DNA from: an uncultured Methanomassiliicoccales archaeon
Lineage (GTDB): Archaea; Thermoplasmatota; Thermoplasmata; Methanomassiliicoccales; UBA472
Reading direction: 5' to 3'
Length of the DNA: 64,000 bases
Assembly: GCA_963695345.1 (NCBI GenBank)
Contig: OY968769.1
Location: 1,312,001-1,376,000, forward strand
Below are positions 21,701-29,000 of this stretch, one piece after another; position 1 is the stretch's first letter, and each line of letters begins with the position of its first letter. Made by a program: the position numbers and the translations under genes. The notes under the pieces are model-generated. The model had not been told where the DNA came from, ran no database searches, and saw only the letters and a list, made by a program, of their open reading frames with translations.

Positions 21701-22289
21701 CGCCACCTCCACGAACGACGCATCCGTGGTGGCGAGCACTCAGGCCAATGCCACGATCGTGCCCCGGTTCGAGGTCAACGCGACGCTGGCCCAGGTCTAT
21801 GCGAACGACGGGACGAACTATCGGTATCAGATCAAGATAAACAACAACGGCAACATCGACGATACCTACTTGATAACCGTGGCCAACAAGGCCCTGCTAG
21901 CATCGCAGGGATGGAACGTCTCCCTGAAGAGCACCGGCAGCTATGTCGACCAGGTCAACGTGACCGTCACCAGCCAGAGCTTCAAGTACATCGAGTTCTC
22001 GATGCTGCCCAACGCGACCTTCCTCGTCCCGGAACTGAACCTGAGCGCGAACATCCTCATCCAGTCGGCGGGTAACGACAGCACGTCATACAACTACGTG
22101 TTCTCGCCGGAGCTGCCGAAGATCAGTATCCCGAGCGGCGGCCTGGTCGTGTCCGGCAGCAAGACGTCACCCTCCCAGGCGACGCTGCCTCTGGAAACCA
22201 CAATACTCTTGGCATTGGTGATGGTGCTGTTCGTGCTCCTCATCTACCTTTCCGTAAAGAAGGGGGTGTTCACACGAAGAAAGCGCTGA
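15747..22289 (+). CDS. aglB: Oligosaccharyltransferase AglB/STT3 with a very long C-terminal beta-sandwich (carboxypeptidase-regulatory-like) extension and C-terminal TM anchor
   Basis: Multi-TM N-terminal region with DSYYH and DHD, ISEA (TIXE-like), SWWDYG at about 17547, ADNFQ. About 1250 aa of Thr/Asn/Val-rich repeats follow, then a TM and KKGVFTRRKR. Confidence 0.9.
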   Translation: MASSEEGSKSPAEKKRSAGNSRLNSKFSNTWLGRHWQTALIIVLIVFLAFFVRTYFGYSTSVDNGFLVSGGSDSYYHERVIDNVANTGEHIVRDNMLNYPYGVRNERPPLYDWSVAVAGMFLQTVTGISLTDGLGFALVFSTAVWGALTTIPVYLLTRAAFGKKPAILAALLFALMAGNIERSIFSNADHDSMVLFFVVFAFYFLLRALQTMKGDRWVSKWSKFSEVKSGLKSFGSQNVGSMLYAALAGVCVALVAMIWTGYTYVLIIVLVYLIVQLMIDRFRNADSLGIVMSIGIMFTVAFLVMAPLYIQMNYVQTWLDTPVELFLVAVIAGMIFVVTRDYPWTITLPVIALISIIALVAFYLISPNFFNAIVSGQGYLVKSKLYSTISEATAPAFSTLALSFGAVTFWLALFGVGYAAVKIPKNLTPFLVFLVVWTAVSIYMASSAGRFVFNATPAFAVMAGWILMLIIERAQFSEFYKAMAGSQGSFLRSLRKSIKFRHLFVFLVVLGLVVLPNAWTALDAGIPNQSKKAYDKQIYNTVPDFLKPSTYDVKNGTYWYLGAFSYDLPLPTTYYPSAWSWFNERDSNIANPLERPAYLSWWDYGFEAIQVGGHPTVADNFQNGYQMAGSFLMVSNETGAIALMVARIIEKVRLDNSTDVSVATVALLQKYGVNYNEMYHILARPSDYINVVKNNPAIYGPYDTELSATNAWYAAARVELSKIGESKLVSLYHDLRGVSGYNIGYFAVDSRLFPFSATSQNIFYAPAKLADQKIDPLSNAPSDYYTITAVDQYGTEYALADVTSSMTIVSYAIHYTALFYQTMLYRAFMGYGPYDVGLTSDGIPGISGSLIYYPPMQGWNLSHFRMVYRTAYYNPYADYSNHTDAWVAINYTQGQEYQVLINAGKMNGTVDLSAGGLYSAVVFLQYYDGVTISGTALSQNGEPMANVYVTALDDNRDSTYFPYGIPHQTVKTDANGNYSVIAPFGNTTIAYSYGTLDSVTQLATVITTKSYQISYAEAMGATGAGDSQTVINGNITLNAASLSGKVYWDRDGDSVFDIGTDILITGATVVLENKTTGYYKSQVSTATGYSFLGLPPATVNMYAIYQGHIIGNVSVDLNPKNGNISKDLAIKPAQIKGVIMLTSGDVAQNVQLQLKDLTSSRLINTTTSAAGQFTYDLLFSGNYTLSSASPLMSLGEQTYSLTAGETLNKALTITSAMTVSGHLSNNGNAVPYAQIEIMNGKRQMWTQANANGDYSITVPQDNYTVYAFATVQGVQLVALSNVTGSSGSVTKDLAMTEATATGLQVTSTDLSGVQFVIRSKSIPAEVYAITNATGGATVLLPSGTYSVYAYKSTTSVYWADLTLPATGVQNIALENAVTLSGKVWFDANFDGAMGSAEGVGNATITVSNQAGDQVTFYTSSTGAYSVPLVSNGTYTLTESLINYETYRITYTDFNTSTVNNIKLVPTNRTVSMTVTSNGGAPAKPVTVTLTAVGKGAVTIKGVTSAAGELTLSVRPGQYNITVNENVTSDSNDQFQLRAGTVPLTVGIGQNATSLNLPIVERFLVTGVSASGPTTLTFTGSDVRTQAIGAGAGYSVYLMSGVYGVYADVNATGGHLALFNTTTIAGPTAYDVVASPAILVQVQVQYAGRQLNASAPISFSSPNGATFNTTTNATGYLGVYMPSGQLTVNVDLHTLGSISGSDRYLRYTNVTTVNLGTVTFPLNLDTVRSFDNSTVTGTMIATGGSAAAGTISFAPDSPTAMWSNYTSATGAIAVPLAPGTYNVYANGGANGVFLGKVVVASYLNQTVNVQLVPGVTFYGTTSIGTTPVQANLALSSVGNMTASSAADGTFSIVLPAGNYAVNASTRLVEKGANILYFKTFAQTLSADTMSNIVLERFSTRSVKVYWDPSQKATLNANQTAVYNITVTNTGDLADTYNLAASLSGWNVTLSQQNVSLDFGAAGIATIQMSITPSKTVKVTQNSITFTATSTNDASVVASTQANATIVPRFEVNATLAQVYANDGTNYRYQIKINNNGNIDDTYLITVANKALLASQGWNVSLKSTGSYVDQVNVTVTSQSFKYIEFSMLPNATFLVPELNLSANILIQSAGNDSTSYNYVFSPELPKISIPSGGLVVSGSKTSPSQATLPLETTILLALVMVLFVLLIYLSVKKGVFTRRKR

Positions 22290-23065
22290 TCTCGTTGACA
22301 ATGGTAATGTGCATGATCGTGGCCTCGGTATTCGTGATGCCGGTCAAGGCCGCCGACGATTCAACGCTGCAGGCCTCGATAGACGGGCCTTCGGTGGTCA
22401 GCCTCGGAGACGTGACCCAGTATACGATCTCCATCGCCGGCGGACCGGCCGGAACATCGAATGGGACCTATTCGTACAAGGTCACGATGACCGGTTTTGC
22501 CGCCAATAACGCGACGCTGATCCCGGGATCGGCCAGTTCGACGACCGGTATCTTCAAGCTCAACCTTACCACGCCCATTGTGCTTGGTGACCTGACGATA
22601 TCGCTCAACGCCACTTCGACCAATCCCGACGGCACCACCTCCTCCACGGTGAAGACCATCACGGTGAAGGTGATCAATCCGGTCGTGTTCACGGTGAACA
22701 TCAAGAACACCGGGAACATGACAGTCACCAACATTCCGGTGTACTTCTATGTGGACTATTCGGAGAGCAACAAGAACCCGGTCCACGTGGCCAACGTGAC
22801 TATCTCGGCACTGTCGACGAAGAAGGTAGTGTATAACTGGACGACGACCAGCCTGGGCGCGGGGTCGCATGAGCTCAAGGTGGAGATCGATCCGAACGCC
22901 ACCTTCGTGCTGTTCGATATCGGCGGCACGGTCCAGACGAGCACCTTCTACTACAATCAGGCCGATTTCGGTACGACGAACGCGCTACTCTACGTGGCCC
23001 TGGTGGTATTGCTCGTCGCGGTCTACCTGGTCTATCGCAGGCCGATACCGCGTAAGAAGAAGTGA
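22274..23065 (+). CDS. Secreted, C-terminally anchored CARDB/Ig-like surface protein; start probably ACG 22274 (ORF track uses TTG 22295)
   Basis: Signal peptide (M)KKALISLTMVMCMIVASVFVMPVKA, CARDB-like VNIKNTGN..V.V.FY...G.HELKVEIDP, then TM and RRPIPRKKK. Confidence 0.75.
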   Translation, partial: TKKALISLTMVMCMIVASVFVMPVKAADDSTLQASIDGPSVVSLGDVTQYTISIAGGPAGTSNGTYSYKVTMTGFAANNATLIPGSASSTTGIFKLNLTTPIVLGDLTISLNATSTNPDGTTSSTVKTITVKVINPVVFTVNIKNTGNMTVTNIPVYFYVDYSESNKNPVHVANVTISALSTKKVVYNWTTTSLGAGSHELKVEIDPNATFVLFDIGGTVQTSTFYYNQADFGTTNALLYVALVVLLVAVYLVYRRPIPRKKK

Positions 23066-23092
23066 AAACCGTTTCCCATTTCCATTTTTTTC
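23066..23092 (+). terminator. Oligo-T terminator after the aglB operon
   Basis: AAACCGTTTCCCATTTCCATTTTTTT directly after the stop. Confidence 0.55.
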
Positions 23093-23115
23093 TATCGTCT
23101 GTCCAGCAGCAACGG

Positions 23116-23742
23116 CTATTTTGATTGCAGTACCTTATCCAGGCTGGCCAGCTTGATCTCCAGGCGTCTCATGCTGACCGCCACCGCCACCTCTCCCCGG
23201 GTCTTCTCCAGGACGGACCGGGCGATGTCCTGCTTTCTGCGTATGGAAACGATCGCGTCGGGGTAATCGAACTTCATGAGGATGAGGAACATCTCCTCCA
23301 TCATCTCCAGGTATCGGACGGCGTCATCGTTGCGCCCTTCCCGGAGCGCCTCCAGGGCAAACCTTCTCAGCTCACCGATGGCGTCCGCGAAGCCCATCAG
23401 GTATGCGGTCACCGGTATGTCCAGTTCGTCCGGTTCCGGCAGGTCCAATCCCTTGGTTATCGTCAGAACGATCGCCGCTTCGGCCACCTCCTGGAGGGCG
23501 TCCTGCACGATACCCGAGTGCCAGATATCCGGATGTTCGTTCAGCAGCGATTTCAGCCGCTGCGACTCGTCCATCGTCTCTGCCATAAGGCTCTCCACGT
23601 CCTCCTTCTTGTGGATGCCGTGTACCACTCCCGATGCCAGCCTGGTCGTCGCCCTCGATGACTTGATGGCGATCTCCCTGACGGTGTCCTTCTCGTCAAG
23701 CCTCTCCTGTATCTTGGCGACGATCTCATCCAGGTTGCTCAT
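23116..23742 (-). CDS. Translin/C3PO-family RNA-binding protein
   Basis: D.VRE.AIK.SR, ALQEVAEA, YLMGFADAIGELRR, RRKQD.AR..LEKT. Confidence 0.85.
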   Translation of the reverse strand: MSNLDEIVAKIQERLDEKDTVREIAIKSSRATTRLASGVVHGIHKKEDVESLMAETMDESQRLKSLLNEHPDIWHSGIVQDALQEVAEAAIVLTITKGLDLPEPDELDIPVTAYLMGFADAIGELRRFALEALREGRNDDAVRYLEMMEEMFLILMKFDYPDAIVSIRRKQDIARSVLEKTRGEVAVAVSMRRLEIKLASLDKVLQSK

Positions 23743-23770
23743 GGATGAACCCTATGATTTGCTCCGTTAT

Positions 23771-25093
23771 TTATCTTCTCAGGGAATCCATATGTTCCTT
23801 CCGGCTCTGGACGACATCCTTCTTGCCGATATCATGCCTGACATAGATGGCCTCGCCCTTTACGAACCGGAGGGCCCTCTCGCACGCCTGTTCCGCTTTC
23901 TCCAAGGTGTCGTCCACCCCGACGACCCCGACGGCGCGCGAAGAGGTTGTCAGGATGCTGCCGTCGACGTCATCCACCATCGCGTAGTACAGTCGGGCCC
24001 CTTCTCTCTCGATCGCCGCCTCGTCAACCGTTATCGGGAGTCCCGCCTTCGATTCCATTCCGTAGCCCTGCGGGACCACGTACTTGCAGACGGTGGCCTT
24101 CTCCTGGAAGTCCACCTTGACCTTGCCCAGGTGGCCGTCGGCGATGCCCTGGCAGACACTGGTGAAATCAGATGATAGGACGGTGAGGACGTTCATCGCC
24201 TCAGGGTCCCCGAACCGGGCGTTGTATTCAATGACCTTGGGCCCTTCCCTGGTCAGCATGAACTGGGAATAAAGCACACCCTTGTAGGGGCAGCCCTCCA
24301 GGCGCATTGCTTCGATCATCCTCTTGACGATCTGCACCGCCTTCTCATACTCATCCCTATGAACGAACGGCAACAGATGGTCGGCGTCCGAGTAGGATCC
24401 CATTCCGCCGGTATTGGGCCCCTCATCGCCCTCGAACGCCCTCTTGTGGTCCTGGACCAGAGGCATGGGGGCGATATCCCGACCATCGCAGAACGACTGA
24501 AGGGTGAATTCCTCGCCGACGGCCTTCTCTTCCAGGACCACACCGGCACCCCCGATGTGCTTCTCGAAGATCTCGTCTATGTAGTCGCAGACATCCGCCT
24601 TGGTCCTCAGGTGTTCGCCTTGGACCTTCACACCCTTTCCTCCGGTGAGGCCAATGGGCTTGACCGCGACCTCCATGCTCATGTCTTTGACAAAGGCCTT
24701 TGCCTCTTTCGCCTCATCGAAAGAATGGAAATCGAGGTTCCCGGGAACCCGGTGCCTCTGCATGACCTCCCTGGCGAAGCTCTTGGAGGTCTCGATCCGG
24801 GCTGCTGACCGGGTCGGCCCGACGCAACGGACCCCGTTCGATTCCAGCAGGTCCACCAGTCCAACCTCCAGAGGCGCCTCCGGCCCGATGACCGCCAGCT
24901 CTATATGGGAACGTACAGCGTAATCCGCTATCCTTTGCGTGTCGGTCTCCTTTACCAGGAGCGTGTCCTTGCTGGATCTGGCGATCCCTGGATTGCGGTT
25001 CCTCATGGCTGAAAATATCTCAGAACCGCCCCTCTCGAGCGCCTTGACGATGGCGTGCTCCCTGCCGCCCCCTCCTACCACTAGGATTCTCAT
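23771..25093 (-). CDS. purD: Phosphoribosylamine-glycine ligase
   Basis: MRILVVGGGGREHAI, GPEAPL, QDHKRAFEGDEGPNTGGMGSYS, EYNARFGDPE. Confidence 0.97.
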   Translation of the reverse strand: MRILVVGGGGREHAIVKALERGGSEIFSAMRNRNPGIARSSKDTLLVKETDTQRIADYAVRSHIELAVIGPEAPLEVGLVDLLESNGVRCVGPTRSAARIETSKSFAREVMQRHRVPGNLDFHSFDEAKEAKAFVKDMSMEVAVKPIGLTGGKGVKVQGEHLRTKADVCDYIDEIFEKHIGGAGVVLEEKAVGEEFTLQSFCDGRDIAPMPLVQDHKRAFEGDEGPNTGGMGSYSDADHLLPFVHRDEYEKAVQIVKRMIEAMRLEGCPYKGVLYSQFMLTREGPKVIEYNARFGDPEAMNVLTVLSSDFTSVCQGIADGHLGKVKVDFQEKATVCKYVVPQGYGMESKAGLPITVDEAAIEREGARLYYAMVDDVDGSILTTSSRAVGVVGVDDTLEKAEQACERALRFVKGEAIYVRHDIGKKDVVQSRKEHMDSLRR

Positions 25094-25187
25094 TTCGGAT
25101 CGGTCAGGACAATGGACATCGCCTAATAAAAAGGATGTTGGGCGAGGAGGCAACCCCGGCCCACATCGACGAAGGCCAGCCTACCGA

Positions 25188-25844
25188 TCATTTGGAGATG
25201 CCGATCGCCTTCATGACCGATTCTATGCCTTCCCCGGTCTTGACGCTGGTCAGGTAGAGGGTCTTATTGTTTGTGATCTTGGAATAATCCGACCTCAAGA
25301 CCTCCACATCGACCTCCATATACCCCGCCAGGTCGACCTTGTTCAGGACCGCTACGTCGGACGAGGTGAAGATCATCGGATGCTTCCTCACCATGTCGTC
25401 TCCTTCCGTGACAGATATCACCACCATCCGAACGTCCGTCCCCAACGGGAAATCGGCCGGGCAGACCAGGTTTCCCACGTTTTCGATGAAAATGAAACCG
25501 ATACCGTCCAGGTCCATCTTATCTAGAGTACGCTCGATCAGGTTGGACTCAAGATGACACTCCTTTCCGGTGTTGACGTTGTAGGCATCTATACCTGCCT
25601 CTTTGAATCGTTTGTAATCATCCTCGCCGGTCACGTCTCCCGCGATGACCGCCACACCTATCCCCGTCTGCTTCAGATGGGTGGCCATCTTGATGATCAT
25701 GGCCGTCTTTCCAGAACCGATCGAACCCATGACGTCTACGGACCGGATTCCCTTCGCGACCAGCCTTTCATGGTTGTGCTCTGCCAGGTGGACATTCTCC
25801 GCTAGCACGTCATGCTCCATGCCGATGCTCTTTATCTTGTGCAC
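25188..25844 (-). CDS. hypB: Hydrogenase nickel incorporation GTPase HypB
   Basis: GSIGSGKT, NTGKECHL, ENVGNLVCPADF.LG, SVTEGDD, NKVD. Confidence 0.95.
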   Translation of the reverse strand: MHKIKSIGMEHDVLAENVHLAEHNHERLVAKGIRSVDVMGSIGSGKTAMIIKMATHLKQTGIGVAVIAGDVTGEDDYKRFKEAGIDAYNVNTGKECHLESNLIERTLDKMDLDGIGFIFIENVGNLVCPADFPLGTDVRMVVISVTEGDDMVRKHPMIFTSSDVAVLNKVDLAGYMEVDVEVLRSDYSKITNNKTLYLTSVKTGEGIESVMKAIGISK

Positions 25845-26082
25845 GGACCGTAGATGAATAATCTTGTCTTAACGGTTGTCATTCATGACCTCAACATCAC
25901 GCAAGGCAGGCCGGTCCTTTCAGCGTTATCAAAAATTATAATCATAATTCAGTATTCAATTTTCGATTTCGACAGCTGGGCCAGCAAATATTCAGAATGA
26001 AAATCATTAATTCATTTCTTCGAATTTATGAGCATATCCTTATAAGAACAAATTTTGTTGATTTGATAATTAATCAGGAGGA

Positions 26083-29000
26083 ATGGGCACGTATTCACCG
26101 GAAGATAGCTCTAATCAGTTGATACTAGGACCACTCGCCAGGCGAAAAGGATTCCTCATGGTAGGGGCCCTTTTGATCGTCTGCGCGTTCGCGCTACTTT
26201 TAAGCGCCTCAGGCGCCAACGCGACGACATATGTTTACCAGGACATCTCCACAGACACCACCTGGAACGAGGCTGGTTCGCCGTATGTCGTGAACGATAC
26301 GATCACAGTTCAGAGCGGGGCCACCCTAACGGTGGGTCCGAACGTCAATGTGAGGGTCGACGCCGGCCGTCAAATATTGATCGATGGCTCACTGAGGGCC
26401 AACGGCGAGGCTGCCCGGATGATCAACTTCACCGCCAACAGCACCACCTGGAACGGAATGGTCTCTGGGGCCAACTCCCTCATCAGCCTTAACTATGTCA
26501 AGTTCAACAACGCGACTGGAATGACCGTCCAGAACACCGGTGTCTTCACCAACTCGATGTTCAGGGACCTGTCATCCAACGCAATACTATTCTCCATCAT
26601 TCACAAGAGCGGTAACCTGACGGTAACCGGATGTGACTTCAGACAGGTATCCGTCAATGATATCCTGGTTCAGGTCTCGGCCTGGTCGAACGCCACCACC
26701 ACCCGAACCACATCCGTCCCCATCGTGATCGCCAACAACAATTTCGCGCTGGGACTGACCGGAACAGCGGTCCGTATCGAAGAGACCGTCAACCCCGTGC
26801 AAAGCGGTGTGGCCGTGCTCAACAGCGCGATCAGCGTCAACAACAACCGGTTCAACATAGGAACGCACCAGGCTATATCGGTCGAGCGAACCGTGGTCTC
26901 ATACGACAACGCCACCGCAACGTTGAACGGCGCTTTGACGTTCAACTTCAATACCTTCACCAGCGGGAACGCGATCAGCGTTGTCAACTCGGCAACCGCC
27001 CTTGATCTTCCCAGCCTACGCTTCAACCATGACAACTCGGTCAACATCAACAGCGGAGTAACCGTCTCCAACAACGACCTGAGGAATGTCATAGGAAATG
27101 GGTTCAGCGACAGCTCCACCCTGGTGACCTTTGGGCAGAAGACCTCGACAATGACCAACCCGATCAGGGTCACGGGAAACAACTTCACTACCTCCATTGA
27201 CGCGATCATTGCTCAGAAGACCGCGGTAGCCTACGAGAACGGCACTGCGGTCTTTGCCAGCGACATCACCGTCGACCATAACCGGATGATAAGCGTCGAG
27301 AATGGCATCATCGTGGGCAAGTCACTTCTGGCGGTCGGCGACTTCAATGGCAGGATCACCTACACGGGTGCGGAAACAATCAGCAACAACACCGTCACCC
27401 TGGGAACGGGCGTATTCTTCGTAAGCAACCTTGCGGAATCATCGTCAGGGTACGGAATAGTCAGCATGAGCGGGGCCAAAGTGGTATCGGACAACACGAT
27501 CGCCAACATCGGCAGCGGGATGACCATCTCGGTGAGCGAATCGGCATCGACCTCGGACCACTCATCGACCACCTTGACAATTCCCGTGGCCGTAGTCAGG
27601 AACAACGTCAGCGTTGCTTCGGGATTGATCGCTTCCGGTTCTTACTCGGCTGCCTCTGATCTATCGCACTTGACCATTCTAGGCGATGTCCGTGTATTGA
27701 ACAACATCGGTTCCCAGCTTTCGAGCAGTGGCATTACCTTATTGATCAACGGGCTGGCGGCCGTGGACGATGGAAATATCACCGTCACCGGTTCAATGAC
27801 CGTTTCGGACAACAAACTGCACATAGCCTCTGGACCTGGAATAACCTTCGAGATGCATGCGACCGGTCAGAACAATGGCAAGACACATATCACGATGCCG
27901 ATAGAGATATCCGGCAACAACATCGACTGTGTCGGATCCAACGCTGTCAGGGTGATCGTTACGCTGAACACCCTGAACAACGCCTTGATCGCTGAAACCG
28001 GCGCTGTCACCATCGATTCAAACCTGGTGACTCGTGCAGCCAATGGGTTCACCATCAGCAGGCAGGTTACTGCCGGCAGCAAGACCAACTCCTCCGTTTC
28101 CGTGGTCAGCGATGTGACCATCATCAACAACGTGATGAACAATCTGACCGGCAACTGCATGTCCCTGACGGACGCGGTCGCCGCCAACGGACACAAGGAG
28201 CTTGTCTTCAACAGCACGGTCACCGTGACCGGCAATGTCGTGCATAAGGCGACCGGAAGAATGCTGGACATCTCCAGGCAAGGCTTGAGGTCGTACGACA
28301 GCGCAAAGCTGACCTTCACTGGCTCGATAACCGTGTCCAATAACCTGGCAGTGGTGTGCGGGGAATCGATCCGGTTGAATCTGGCATATGAGTCGAACAA
28401 CCTGTCCACCCTCTCCGTCACCGGTGACCTGACCGTGACCAACAACCAAGGTCTGGACATAAGCCATAATGGAATAGAGGTCTACCAGGATTCAAGATCG
28501 AAGGGCAACTCCACCATGTCGGTGGTCGGCAATATCATGGTTAGCGACAATGTCTTGGAGATCGGTAACCTAGAGGCGATAACCCTTCAGAACTACCTAG
28601 TAACAAGTGACAACTCGACCGGGACAATGGTCGGGTCGGTCAATGTGCTAAGGAACAGTGCGGTCATCGAAAATTCCAGCGCTCTCAGCGCCCTGGTCCG
28701 GGTCATCGCCTCCGATAATTCGGATGCTCTTATGGCTGGAGACCTGGTCGTCTCAAACAACACCATGACCTACTATGGAAACAACGATGGATACTTCGTT
28801 GATGTCTATGTCTATGCGTCCGTAACGCAGACCAAGAAGGTCGCGACCGCGACCTACAATGGCGACATGGTCGTTACAGACAACAAGGCGACCGTTACTG
28901 GAATCAACGCATATCGTGATGTCTACTACGTCTATTTCGATGTACAGGCGAAGGTCGAAATCACCGGTCCGCACGGGAACGCCTGGGCGAACGCCACCGC

